A DNA stretch of 63,267 bases, the filler included, from Collodictyon triciliatum (Eukaryota): assembly GCA_043381765.1 (NCBI GenBank). It is 5 parts of 5 records of this genome, joined end to end, with 100 filler letters (N's around TTAATTAATTAA, not from the genome) between each part and the next. Parts side by side here need not be neighbours in the genome. Positions count along the whole stretch, not along the records: positions 1 to 28,054 come from JBHJMP010000124.1; positions 28,155 to 43,125 come from JBHJMP010000127.1; 3 more parts are not named here. The stretch is one strand, 5' to 3'. Under the pieces are notes generated by a model that made no database searches, was not told the origin of the DNA, and worked only from the letters and a program-made list of their open reading frames with translations. The translations under genes and the position numbers were made by a program. Shown here piece by piece: positions 14,001-28,388 of the stretch. Positions within the stretch are counted from its first letter, which is position 1, and every line of letters starts with the position of its first letter.

Positions 14001-17000
14001 AAAGCTGAGCATAGGAAGCTCTAACGTAAATCTTTTATTTGTCTTTTATTTTTATTTTTTCATATTACGTAATTCGGAATTTAAATGTTACGAATGCCTG
14101 AGTAAATAGCGACTGAAAAAATTCTGTCTTTTGTTAAAAATTCTAAATATAATACAGACGAGCATTTCTGTCAATTGTGCGGACAGCGAAATGAGCAAAG
14201 CTTTCCAGAACATTCTAAACTCGACAGGAGTCATCAACGTCTCATCACAACGGTCTTACGACTTCTCTAGGACATGGACTCTCACATTTACGGGAGTTTT
14301 TGGAGACATACCTACCCCATCCTTCAATTTGAGTGGCATTACTGGCGGAGACCGCACTCAAGGAGGACCTGCAGTAACATTTAGCGAGATTATTCGAGGC
14401 AGCCTTGGTGCCTTTATAGCCCCACTGTCTGGAGATTATCTGCGCTCATATGGTAACTAATCGGCCCACAAAACTCATTTATTCATTTAATATGACTATT
14501 TTTTATTTTGACACTGTAACACTTCATCCTGACTGATGTATCATCTAACCATAGAGCAAAGTTCTCAAGTGAATATCGAGGTTCAGGGGACTTACGCTGT
14601 CTGTAAAGGCAAGTGCTCCCACAAATACTCCACCCAAGCTACTCCGGTCGTAACGAATGCAACCCAAAAGAATAATGAGACACACGTGCTTCTGGATATA
14701 CACGGATATGGTTAGCGACCTGATGATTGATTCTCCAATTTCATATGCTTGTACAAATAAAACAAACCAACATACAGTTTTTTATTCAACTATTTTATTG
14801 TGAAATTAATATGAACAAAAGAAAGCTACCATTTAGAAATAAAAGAATACGATTAACACGCAAATCAACAGGGTTCTCAAGCAATAGTAATTCTACAGCT
14901 GTTTCATTTGGGCCGAATTCATGCAGCGTTGCATTCTCAGACACTAGTTTCATATCTTGTGTCTGTTTGCCTAACTCAGGGGGTATCTACAATCTTTTGG
15001 TGAGTGCTTAAGGATAATGTAGTTACATTATTAAGTTTCTTCACAATATCTTCATAATAATGCGAGAATATTTACGGAATTCCATTTAAAAATATTGACT
15101 GTCAAAATCTTCCCTGCGTTTAATGAATCCAGTTTACATAATTGCAGTATATGTAAGTTCTTACCGACCAAACCTTACTTCCAATTAATCTCATTTAAGG
15201 TCGCATCCTCAGAATACGGATATGCAGATTCCTCTGTGACAGTAGATGTCGAATGGGAAATTCAGGCGGTCAGGCCAACAGAAATATCATTTTCAGGAGG
15301 CACGGTTGTTACAATACACGGGAGAAGATTTGGATATGACACGAGTTCCATCGAAGTAGTTGTTGGAGGTTCCCCTTGTGCAATTATTTCACTGGAGCCA
15401 GACTCGGTGAATTGAGCATTACATTATTCTGAAGAAGTTAAGATATAACCAGCATTCCTAGATTTTTTATAACCAATGATTATAATTTCAGATTATCTGC
15501 CGCCATGGTATCATTCGTTCTTCGGAAAAAATAAGCAAAGATCTCTATCGTGTTCATGTCTCTGTCTCTAATTTCATGGGGAATAGTTCTGTGACTTATT
15601 ATTTTTCTACAAGGCGAAGTAATTAGCTATATTATAGTCACGCTCGTAAAAAAAAAGAAGCAATATTGTAAATTTAGAAACACTCACATATGCGGAGTAA
15701 AGTGGAAAAATATATTTCAAGTTAAATATCTGAACACTAACGAAAAAATACTGCAGTGGTCGTCCCAAAAGTCTCCAAAATCTATCCAACAGAGGGAAAT
15801 ATAATTACTTCCACCTTGTTCACAATTTCCGGGTATGACTTTGGAAGCAACAAAACAGAAGTCAAGGTTATTTTCAGGAGCAACATTGATAATAAAGGCT
15901 TTGTCGGATGCCCAATTTCCTCAATAAATGATAGTGTGATTACATGTATGACCTACGGAACAAGGTCAGTGTTGTTCGTTTTGCACACACATGGGCATAA
16001 TTTTGCATATTTTTCCATTTTCAATTCATCGGAATTATGCCTTGGTATTCTAATATGATTCAATTATTTTTTATGCCAAGCCTATTTTTTGGAAAAATCA
16101 CACAATAGATGCTATGTATCAGTTTTAGTTTGATTAAAATATTGATAATTTTCCTTTTTTTTTACCCTCACCAAACACCCACAATACTCAGACCCGGGCC
16201 CTATATTTTGGAAGTAATATACGGAAGTGTCTCTGTCCCGTCAGATTCTCCGATGATGGTCGAGTTTCCGTTTGGTATGTGTTGTAATGACTCACAAAAT
16301 ATTTCGTTAGATTAGTCCATATAATTCAATAATTTTTCTTAACGCATTAAATATAACCACTCATGTATTATAATTACAATATAGAAATTGAGAGATTATA
16401 CCCGGTTATGGGCAGTTACAGAGGTGGAATACCGCTGTCAATTTATGGAAACCTGTTTGGTATGGACGCTATCGACATGTCTGTTTACATTGGTGGCATA
16501 GAATGTCCTCTACTTAGAAAAACACCCACTTTGATTGTATGTGCGGTTCCATCTTTCACCGGAAAGAAAATCGATACCCCACAAACTGTGGTCGTAAAGT
16601 CTAGAGTTTTTCAAACTAATTGTACCAGTGACTGCGCGTTCACACCGAGTAGCAGATTGACTGCCCTGGTCCGCTCCATCACCCCACTCCAGGTTTCTGT
16701 GGGGAATTTACTGACAATACAGGGAAGAGGATTTAAAATTTTGGATAAATCCATCAAGGTCTTTTTAGGAGATTACGAAGCAAGAATCACGTCGAAAAAT
16801 GATACGCACATAACTTGCAGAGTTCCTGTCACACCATTTGGTCTGCAGGATGTCAACGTACTTATTACAAAGTATGGATTCGCAGACTCGGCTTCATTTG
16901 CCTTTGTGAAGCCCTATGTTCAGCATATAACTCCACTGAAAGTTTCGTTTGGAGGAGGTCCCCTTACAATAATCGGTTCAGGGTTCCATTCTGATAGTTC

Positions 17001-20000
17001 CAAAAATATTATTTCCGTAGGAAATAGTCCCTGCATTGTTGCTAAATGGTCCAACTCTGTGATGGTTTGCAAAGTGTCACCAGTATTGTCTCCCTTTTCC
17101 GTAGTAAACAAGACGGTATCAGTATCAATCGACACATTTTTGCTATCCCAGATACGAGTTATTTCATTTATGAAGGACTTGTCACCTTCTGTCAGTTCGA
17201 TTAAGTTAACAAATGAAAAGGATAAAGCACCTGCTACTATTGTCATTACTGGTTCAAACTTATCTCCGTACATTTACGAAGATTCCTTCGCTCCAAGTTC
17301 CACTGAAACATATTCACAAAGCCCATCTGACATTCCACCATCACCAACAAACTCGACATTAGATACAAGTCTATCAGTATCCAGTTCTGAATCCTTTTCA
17401 TTATCTGAGTCAAATAATGATATGTATACTAATTCTTTCACCGAGAGCAAAACTTTAGAAAACCTCCAGCCAAGTTACGACAATACTCGAGACGAAAGCT
17501 CTAGTTTATCAATAAGCGATTCAAATAATTATGACTCTGAATCTCCTTCCATATCGCCGTTGCATACAGAGCCTGGGTTTGAGAAGAATGATAATTCTAA
17601 TCGCAGTGGAAAAGGTATGCAAATATTGTCACTATTCGATGTCATTTGAATGCGCATTATATATTCAAATAACAAACTGATCGTTTATATTCTGCAGATG
17701 ATTACTTATCCACAGAATATGACGATCTGGATCCAATAGCAGTAGCATTCCTAGAAGGGCAAAATGATTTAAATCCTCTGAATATTATGAGAGTATACCA
17801 GGATTCCTCCAGCGTGTCGAAAGTGATAATATTTGTTGGGTCTACACAAGCCACCTTGATTAGTGCAAATGACACAACCTTGATTGCATCAGCTGATTCC
17901 ATCCCAGGAGGGGTAAATGATATCACAATAGAAATATCCGGAAAAGGCTTTCCAATTCAGCAATATCTTTCAATAATTGGTGCGTTGTCGATAACTGGAG
18001 TTACTCCTTTGACTGGTGGTTTTGGTGGATATACCACATTAACCATATCCGGAAACGGGTTTGGCCTTGACCAGTCCAACGTCTCAGTCACAATATGCGA
18101 TTTTTCAGCCACCTTGTTGAAATTAACACCAGAGTCATTAATTGTTGAGTCTCCAGCACTAATTAACGACTATTCTCTAAGTACGCTTGGTATGGGACAA
18201 AGTCTTCCTCAAAAAGGATTACCACTAGGAACCTTGTCAAAACTATCGACCGATTCAAACATCGCAACATGGGTCTATCAATACTGCAGTTCTGCATCTC
18301 AGTGCCAGGTACATATATATACATACATATTTTCTTTGTCAAAATTTTCTATTCATAGAATCAAACATTTCTCAAAGACTTGTCTCTAATTAGATTGGGT
18401 ACGACTATGGCGTAAATCGGAAAATGAGATTAAAAGAAGTTCGCCTTTTTCCTGGAGATGAACAGATGAGAGGTATTCAGGCCTTTTCTGCTGTCAACCG
18501 AGGCTCTGACTTTGGTTCTATCCAGGTTTCGAATGACGGTGTCAAGTTCACTTCGATTTATAAGGTGGGTGTCTTTTCTTTGATTTAATCAGGTCTGGAG
18601 AGTGTAAGTATATATTCATCATGGAAAGAATGGAAACCAATGACCGTTGAGTTGGGTTTTACTGAATGCTTTCTGAAATTATACATTTAAAATGACTGCG
18701 CTAAATAGATTGACAAGAGACCCACCAATAACTGGAACTCGTATTCTATTTCGGTCTCGGAGTCATATAGATTTATTCGTTACGTTGGCCCAAACGTTTA
18801 CGGATCGCCATTCACTATAAGCGTATCAGAAGTAGAATTCATTGGGATTTTAGTCGACTCCAGAACTTCAAACAATTGTCCAATCCAAGTATGAAATAAA
18901 CTTCATTTTTAGCCAATTTGTTATTACCTTTGTGTCATAGCTATTCCAGATTGGCCTATTTCTCTTGATTTAACATGCATAATGAATCTCTAGGTTTCAG
19001 TAAACACAGCCACTATAGTGCATGCAGCATCGTTTTCTTACTCAAGTGTTCTCACACCGGTTGTCACAAGTTTAAGTCCTACGATCGGAACCGCTATCGG
19101 AGGGACATTGGTAACGATAAAAGGCGAATATTTACACGAAGAAACATCAGCTACATCTGTATCCTTGAATGGCGTGCCGTGTCGCATCGAAAGTGTAAAA
19201 CAACATCATAATTTTTAAATCTTTCGGCTCTTAATTTTTTTTGGAAAAGTAAAAAGAAACCCCATAATACTTTATTTCATAATACTGACTCTCCCGTTAT
19301 CATGAGCCATCTAGCATGCTTTGAGCAATTTTTGATGAATTTACTGCGATTTTGGTAGGTATCACCTTCTGCTCTGACATGCAAAACTGGACCACGCGGG
19401 CTTTTCGTTGATCCATCAGTCGACTTGTTTGTTGGTGAAAGGGGTAAAGCTGTTGTACGAAAGGGAGTGTCATTCACATACATAGATCGTTGGTCTGCTC
19501 ATACAACATGGGGAAATGGTCCTCTGCCCTTTGAGTGGGGTTTCATTGATAATTTAACATTTCGCTTCATCAAACATCACACTTTTATTTAGATTATATT
19601 TGTATATATTCCTATGAGGTCAAAGTAGATGCTAGAGTCTCTCTTTCAAAGCAGAAATTTTGTGTTTATTAGGGATGATTTCGTATATATCCCATCTGGG
19701 CAGAATGTGTTGTTGGATATCTCTCCGCCAAAACTGGCGCTCATATTAATCGAGGGATCGTTGGTTTTCGAGAACGAACCATCATCTAATATATTCCTTG
19801 ATGTCTCCTACATATTCATTCGAAACGGAAATCTGACGATTGGAACCGAAGAAGACCCATATCAAGGGAAAGCTACAATCACGCTTTATGGAGACCGTGA
19901 GACTCCTGAAATACCAATATATGGCGCAAAGGTATGCTCGGTAAATAAAATAATCTGTGGGGAAATGATTGCATTGGTTAATTAGGGAAGCACAATGTGT

Positions 20001-23000
20001 TTACGCAAGCAGGTCGAGTAATCTGTGTGATTAATACTCATATAAATATTTGAACAATTTTTTTCACAGGTTATTGCTGTGAGAACCGGCGTCATAGACA
20101 TACATGGAGCTCCAAGGACTCCCACATGGACAAGGCTAAACCAGGTGATAAATGGATTTTCTACATGAAAATGAGCTATTAAGTCAAGAGTTCATTGACA
20201 GTTGTAAAATAAATTAACTTAAATGAATTTAAATAACAAAATATGCAGACAATCTACCCCGGAGAACAAATTATAAGGCTCACAGAGCCCGTTGATTGGA
20301 AAGAAGGAGAACGCATAGTCATAGCATCCAGCTCATATGACATGTATGAATATGACGAATGTACCATAGCAGCGGTTTCAGATGACAAAGTTACGCTTAC
20401 ATGTACGTACAATACAAAAATTACGATTAAATTAAAAGTGCGCCTTTCCGTAATATTAATCAAACATGGCTCTTAAACGCACGAAATACAACAAAGTAAC
20501 CGCGCCTGTCACCTATGGTCACTTTGGAGACTTGCCGGAGTACGCTGGTGAAAAATTTGATATGCGAGCTGAAGTCGCTCTTCTATCGAGAAACGTTGTA
20601 ATACAAGGAGATTCCAGTTCAGATGTAAATGAATTTGGTGCAACAGTAATGATTCACAGCCCAGTAAGTAAATCAATAAAAGGCGGGTGCGCTTGGGATA
20701 ATATGAAAAAGGAATACAGTGTATCTTAAAATTGAATAAAGGGAAAAAACCAGTACATAAATTATTTTTTTCAGGGGCACGACTCTTCTGTTGGACGATT
20801 TTCCTATGTTGAGGTTAGGAGAGCTGGTCAGGCATACAGATTAGGTCGATATCCACTTCATTTTCATATGATTGGAAACGTTTTGAGGAGCTACATTCTC
20901 GGTTGCAGTGTCCACCATACATTCAATCGCGCGGTGACCATCCATGGAGTTCATTACCTTAGGTTTCAATTGATATTTCATCCTACATTTTTTTGGGGAC
21001 AATATGTTACCTATTAACTGAATTTTTTACTTTTAGTAAAGAAATAACGCAAATTTTTATTTTTTTGATTATGTTAAAAGAATCACCGACAACGTCGCTT
21101 TCAACGTCATGGGCCACACATACTTTATTGAAGACGCCATTGAAACTCAAAACATATTGACACACAACCTTGGCATGGTAACCAAAGTGTCAACTAGTTT
21201 ATTGAATACAGACCAGACACCAGCAACGTTTTGGGTACATTTGATTTCTTTTTTTGACCAAAAATCATTCAAGATAAATCATGCTGTCACTCATAAACTA
21301 AGCCTCTTAAACTTAGATAACAAATCCCAAAAATGATTTTATCAACAATGCGGCTGGTGGAAGTGATCGATATGGATTCTGGTTCGACCTTCAGCCTAAC
21401 CCAACTGGCCCATCGAGAACCACATCTATCTGCCCACCAGGAATGACATTAGGACAATTTTCTGGAAATTCTGCGCATTCGAATTTCAAATACGGACTTC
21501 GAATATTCCACGACTTTACACCGTTGACAAACCCTTGTGGAAGTATTTTTGACCCAGCCAATCCTCCTATCAGGGCACTCATGTACAACTTTACATCTTT
21601 CAAGAATGGGAAAAATGGAGTGATAGGTTCATTCGTGGGAGATATCCAGTTCATTAATTTCAAAGTTGCAGGTCGGGAAAGGATTTGTTTTTCGGTTTTT
21701 TGTACAGTTTTACACATGCTTTTGAAAAAATTCAACTTAAAAATGTAATTTTTTTTTTAAAACAAAACAAAACAAAACAGATAATCCAAGAGGTATCGAA
21801 GTGTCTGAAGTCAAAGTGGAAGACAATCGTGCCAAAACCATAAACAGCATAATCGTGGGTAACTCGATTAACAGGTTCGGCGGCGAAATCGGACCTGATT
21901 CAACTGGTTGGTTAAATTAAAAATGTCGTGACTTCTCTGTTTTATACTCTTAACCTTTATTATCATATTATATTCGATTAGTTTTTCCGGATTGCGTGTA
22001 CACATTATAAAAATGATTTTTTCTCAAAGGATTCTTCGGTCCTCGTTCTGATAGATACACAATAGAAAACGTGACATTCGTTAACTTTCCTCCAACTTCG
22101 AGGGTATATTAATTTAAATAAGCGATTGTTTGGCATTTATTAGCGACTTTCGTAGTATTTCTTCTTTATATAGCGCTTATGGACTAATACAGAAACCAAT
22201 TTATTCTGTTCAGGCACTTAGCTCCTGCAGTGCTTGCACCCACGGTGCTTCAACAGATAATGATGGTCGAACTCTCATTGTTTCCGGTCTCAAGTTTGTG
22301 AACACAACGCAGAAAATTATTTGGGGATTTCCGTTCAAGGTAACTGAAAAACAAAGCAATTATAAAGCCTGATTAGCGATTTTATTCTAGGACATGTACA
22401 GTTTTTCTTTCTTTCATTTATGTGTATTCAAATAATAATTACCCAAGGGAATCTTCTTTGACCTCGATGGGAGCTTGACAGGAATCCCCTCTGGTACAGC
22501 CACTGCGTATTGGCCTCATAATCACATTAAAAACATTTGCCGAATAAGAGAAGAGTACAATGGTTTGCTCTGTGATTCATCCATCAGAATCAGGAGACTT
22601 GGGATGGACAACCAACAGCCCTCCAGTGCTCTAGATTTTAAGGTTTCCATTATTTCCTTATCAACACATTAGCTTTACGGGATTAAATTGAAATACATCA
22701 TAATTCCCTATACCTTTTACTCGATTAAAAATAGATGCTCCTTCACATACGCATTTAAATCCAAGATATGTGTTGACGTTTTCCCTTCATGTTAGTGCAG
22801 TAATAAATCCTATCAATTAATAAAATTGTAAATGACAGTTAATGTTGATAAGCAATAACAACACCGAAAGCCCGTCTGTTTATTCAAAATTGCCCTGGAG
22901 ATTAAAAAAAGACCCGCTTAGAGGATGGGCAATAGGATTAGCAACAAAGCAACTCTATCAATTCAAGATTGATTCTCCCACAGACTTTACTTCCCTTCGC

Positions 23001-26000
23001 TTTATTCCCTTGTACATGTCTCCTAGCGACTGGTAAAGTTCCTGGAAACCTTATTCTCTAAATTTTTAGAATCCAATAGCACTTGGTGTCCTATATTTAT
23101 TACTTTTATACTAAAATCAGGTACTACGTGTCATTCAACTACACCGACACCCGTGACCACTTTACCATCACCCAAGATGGGTTGCAAATACCTGAATCAA
23201 CACAGCTACCATCTCCATCCGACCGAATGGGGTCGTTTTACCACAATAGGGAAAATAGAACAGTGATAATACTGTTTTCAGGCATAGGGTCTCAGTCTCC
23301 CCTTGTCATTCAGGGTTTCCGCTGTCCACCACAGGGCTGCTTGGAGCCTCAAGTTATACTCATAAATGAAAAATTTCAAAGAAAATGGTCGAATGCTACA
23401 ATGTGGCCTGGAAAGGTATTGCCAAGAGATGGAGATGATGTGAAAATACCTTATGGCTGGCATGTAGTACTGGATATCGACACGAGCTTCCTTGCAAACT
23501 TGGTCATCGAAGGAGAACTCATATTCGACACTTCAAGGTAGCAGTTTTGAATATCTTAAGTCAAGTGAGATTGATATTTTCCCAATTATTTGCTAATCTT
23601 AATATATGCAGGTCATCATCCAGATTGGATGCAAACACAATACTGTTGAGAGGAGGAAACATTACTGCTGGGTCACCATCCAGCCCGTTGCCAAAAGCAA
23701 ATCAAATCGATATTGTCTTGCACGGAGATATTGACTCCTACCCTTTATTGATAACTGATGACATTGATGCAGGGCCCAAAGTGCTAGCCAATTTTGGATT
23801 GCTTGAGCTGCATGGATATCCATACACGCCATGGACAAGATTGTGCGATGTACGCTTTTCGCACGAAAAAAAATCAACAAAAATTATTTTGGCAATATTA
23901 ATACTCCCAAGACTCATGAATTCACATTTTTATTTTAGACATCACTTGCTGGACAGAATAAACTGGTATTATGTGAGCCCGTCAACTGGTCCATCGGACA
24001 AACCATAATAATAACATCAACGGATATGAGTTGGAGAAGAAGTGAAAAAGCTATAATTCAATCTATATCGCCTGATGGTAGATTATTGACACTCGGCTCT
24101 CCTCTTTCAAATGGACATTATGGTGCACCTAATAAAATGAAGCAGAATGGACGGGATGTTGAAATTAGAGCGGAAGTCGGATTATTGTAAGAAAAGGGTC
24201 TATTGTAATGCCTCTCATGATGATTTTGTTAATTTTCTCCTTGATTTATATCGTCATTTACATAAAACTCACTGGTTGAATTTTTTTTAGATCCAGAAAT
24301 ATAAGAATATCTGGTGTCATGTCCGACGACGATGTTGGTTGCCACGTTTTAACGAGTTCTTTCATGGATGGGAAAGTAATACAATTATATCATGCTGAAT
24401 TATTTTTTTGTGGATGCGAGTATACAGCTAACCCTTCTATTTCCAATAGGACAGGAAATCAGGTACTCTAGTTATGCACAATGTCGAAGTGGCTTATTGT
24501 GGCCAATTGGACACTTTGAGAAATGCAGTTAATGTCATTCAGGCGCCAGAATTCTCAATTAGGAACAGCTCGATACACGATTCCTTCAACACAGCAATCA
24601 ATGTCTTAAAATCTTCAGGGGCAATATTTGGGAATGTTATTTACAAAACAATTCAGTCTTCCGTTATTCTTCGAACAACTTCAAATGTTAACATCACCAA
24701 AAACTTAGCGGTCGGAACTACGATGCCAAAATGTACATTCCAATATAAACCTTAATAATTATTTGAATGTCTTTTATGCATCCAATTTAACGATTGTTTT
24801 TGATAGTGACCGATAAAGACCAAGTTATCATACTGGCCACATATGATATTTGCAGCAAAACAGCGTTTTCCTGTCCGTTTATCAACGTTCAGGACAATAT
24901 CGCCGCTGGGTCTGATGATATGGGATTCATGGTTCAGGTTTTCTTGCCTTTTTTTTTTAATGAGTAAATGAGAGATATTATTAAAACATAGAAATCTCAA
25001 AACATCAATTTATTCATTGGGTAATCAAGTATTTTATCTCAAGGGTCAACCATGCACTGACGTGTTGCCAGGCACACCCGTTTTTGAAAACAACATGGTC
25101 CATGCAACCATCATCGGCCTTTACATAGTAAAAAATGGGTTGTGCACAGTTGTCTCGAATTTTACTGCAGGAAAGTGTAGCTTTTACGGTATCATGATGT
25201 TCCAGGTTTTTTTAAAATACAAAAATTGTACTTTCTGAATATATTATTTTATTTTGTTTAAAGAAAAAATTCTTCTTTGATTGGAAAGAAAAAATGAACA
25301 AAAAATATGCTTTTGATGCCTTTTTTTTTTAAAAAAAATTTTTAGGGATCAAGTTTATACCTCAGGAATGTTGTTTTGGTTGATAACATATTCGGCATCA
25401 ACATCAACGTTGCAAAGGAGGGAGACGAAAATTTTGTTTGGATTGATTTATAATGAATATGATAAATTTTTGAGATTAATTAAGATACAAATCAAACCAA
25501 TAAAATTTCTCTTGGTCCAAATCTATCTTTACCTCTGGGCAACACACATTAACAATTGATTCGACTAGGTTAAAGTCCAAGATTCTTTGTTTATTGGAAG
25601 AAGCGATAACGCTGGATGTGGTTCACCAAACTCGATGGTTGGCTGCAATGATTGTGCAAGTGCCATCATCGCAGGAGGAAGAAGAGGTTTGTTGTTGCCA
25701 TTAAAATTAAATGAAAAGAAATAGTAACATAATAAATATTTAGGTTAATTATAAACCAAATAAAACAACTAATTAAGCGCCTCTTTCAATTTCCAAAATT
25801 TTCAAGCAATCATGACCACCACATTCCCTTTATCTGAAAAGGGACTTCCTCCCAGCAAATCGTCTTTACCATGGCATCGCATCAAAAGTGACGCATCTTT
25901 CGGAGGAGTAATTATCTATGATTTGTTTATAAATTAATTATCTTATGATATGAAAGCAAATTCAGCCGTATCCAATTACATGAAGTTATATAATACCAAA

Positions 26001-28054
26001 TCAAATATTTATTAATTTTCATAATTCTCAGATATTCGCAATGGAGAGGTGCCACTTTGCAAACTTCTCTGCGATAGATTCTTGCAGAAATGTCGATAGC
26101 CTGTTTTTCACAAATCCACTGTCTGCGGATGGCACACCTGAACACACACTTAATAATTGCACGACTTCAAATGTTCCGTTTGAGGTATGTATTAATTCGG
26201 TTCGGTATTAATGCAAGTCATCGTTTTTATTTGCAAACTTTCAGAGAAACCAGTTTATTATCCGTTTCAAATGAAGCATACCGGAATCTTTTATTCTGAT
26301 TCGGTTGTAGAAAGGTAGTATTACATATATTAAATATGCATAGTCCATGGCTAAATTTGTGGAACCAAACCCTGGATGGATGACAATAGACGATTGTGGG
26401 ACAGACATAAACTGTAGCGGGCTTAATAACGTTATAATAAGAGACGTAACAGGTGCAATATAATATAGCATACTCATATTTTAAAAATTTTCATCTATTT
26501 TTTTGTGTATTGCTTGCATATGTGAAATAAAAATCTTGTAATGGTGCCGATGCAAATAGGAACTGTAATGGGGAAACCTGGGGGCATAGCAATAAGTAAT
26601 AACGCAGGCATAGCCAGGAGGGACAAATGTGGCTTCGTTGGAATCTGGAATGGGTAAATCCACTCCTTCATATAGCTATCATACATAAGTTATCACTCTA
26701 ATTAAAATCGGAAAATCCTTACAAGTTGTCTCAATATACGAAATATGCTAGATATTACTGCTTAGATGTGAATATGAAAATGTTTACATTTGAAAGTATG
26801 GATTCAGACAGAAATACAAGACTTTTATCTCCAGTTGTGATTTCAGGTTCTCGACCCATAGGATTTCGTAACGTTCTTAACACTATGATGGACCACGGAT
26901 GGGACTTTGACTGTGAGTAAAAGCTGTAAACAGCACTGGAAAGCCAAGCATATCTTTTTTTATTATCATGAAGGTAATCAGACTTAACATTCTATTACTT
27001 TGCATCTCAGATACGTCCTTGAAAAGATTGTCACGATTTTACAGTTTAATCGAATCCAACCGATACTACAATTTGACTTTCAGAGGAACGAATCCTAGAT
27101 CGATGAGGATGCGATTGTACAACTCTAACAATGTAAAAACTTTATAATCACACAAATTCGCATTTGCACAGAAATTTTTGCCCTCTGAATTATGTGGTGA
27201 TATCCTTAATTTCTATAGAACGAGTTTACCATCATGCGAATAAAATTCAGTAATCCAGAAGTACTTCAGTTTTTGGTGAATGATGTCGCAATAGACCAAA
27301 AAACTGTAGATTCCATCCCAGAACATGACCAGATTATGGAAGAGATGAAAACAAATATCACCGTATGTCTATTTCTTGGAAATAATATCCGATATTTTAC
27401 AACTTTTATCCAAAATTTTAAATTTGGACTTTTTCCACCAGAACGGATATAGTCTCTACCATCCGTTAAGCCGCACTGTAGTTTTGCTGGTACGAGGAGA
27501 TTCGATTGTGTCGATGAAAACGTTGGATGCAGTCCATGTCTCCATGAAGATGACAATGACGGTTGAACAATTTTTCCAGACCGGTGGTGAAATGTCATTC
27601 GCTGAGAAGCTAGCTGGCGTGTTGGGCATTGATACCTCTCGCATTCGAGTCGTCTCCGTTGTTCCTGGGAGCCTTGTGGTTTTGTTCTATATCATACCTG
27701 ACCAAACAGTAGCGGATACAACTAGCAACCTGGCAGAAATAAAGCAGAATATCACTGAAGCTCTGAATACAGGTTCTTTGGAGGTACTGGGGGGAGTCGA
27801 AAGTCTTGAAGCTGCAGTTTCAATAACACCTCCAATAGTTCCTGTTAACGTAACCTCAAATTCAACAGCATCACAAAGCCAGTCTCTGAGCCCTTCTGAG
27901 CGCCCCACAGCCTCAAATACAATACATTCTCCAAAGTCAATCACAAAACCAACACAAATGAGTGGAACTTTAACTAAGTCTCAATCTCAATCTCAATCTC
28001 AATCTCAATCTCAATCTCAATCTCAATCTCAATCTCAATCTCAATCTCAATCTC
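11058..28054 (+). CDS. PKHD1L1: Fibrocystin-L (PKHD1L1)-like giant secreted or membrane protein, multi-exon, 3' end cut by the scaffold end
   Basis: Signal peptide MKNLLSPIVAVSLWLVLLTTPASCQ; many IPT/TIG repeats (GSTAGGTLVTVSGIGF, SSVKGGLELTIAGAGF, GSYRGGIPLSIYGNLF, GTAIGGTLVTIKG); PA14-like region (FYVSADD, YYMEILQKEGGG); first G8 domain (DRWSAHTTWG...VYIPSGQNVLLD...LILIEGSLVF); DMRAEVALLSRNV; RAGQAYRLGRYPLHFHM; FNRAVTIHG; second G8 domain (KWSNATMWPGKVLPRDGDDVKIPYGWHVVLD); ends in an (SQ)n tract at the gap. Symbol denotes family resemblance, not proven orthology. Confidence 0.9.
27978..28054 (+). repeat. (TCTCAA)n microsatellite read in frame as poly-(Ser-Gln)
   Basis: Continues the open frame of the last visible PKHD1L1-like exon. 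Confidence 0.85.
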
Positions 28055-28154
28055 NNNNNNNNNNNNNNNNNNNNNNNNNNNNNNNNNNNNNNNNNNNNTT
28101 AATTAATTAANNNNNNNNNNNNNNNNNNNNNNNNNNNNNNNNNNNNNNNNNNNN
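28055..28154. other. Artificial scaffold-joining linker
   Basis: N44-TTAATTAATTAA-N44, with stops in all six frames; identical to the other three linkers. Confidence 0.97.
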
Positions 28155-28388
28155 TTTCTTTTCTTTTTCTTTTTTCTTTTTCTTTTCTTTTTTCTTCTTT
28201 TTTCTTTTCTTTCTTCTTTTCTTTACTTCGCTTTGCTGTACTGTACTGTAATTTACTTTACTTTGAATTGCATTGCACAGCTTTTCTCTACTCTTTACCT
28301 CACTCATGGTTGTTGCATTCGTTTTTCTAATCACGACAACAATCAAATCCCCTGGAAAATTAAATAACAGGCTTGCTACCGCGCGACC

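Noticed and set aside
27199-27218. TCCTTAAT U12-like branch site in a PKHD1L1-like intron
   Set aside because: The matching donor is GTAAAA, not the U12 consensus.
28099-28110. TTAATTAATTAA palindrome recurring four times (also 43170, 52806, 56403)
   Set aside because: Always centred in exactly N44 flanks; an artificial six-frame-stop linker, not biology.
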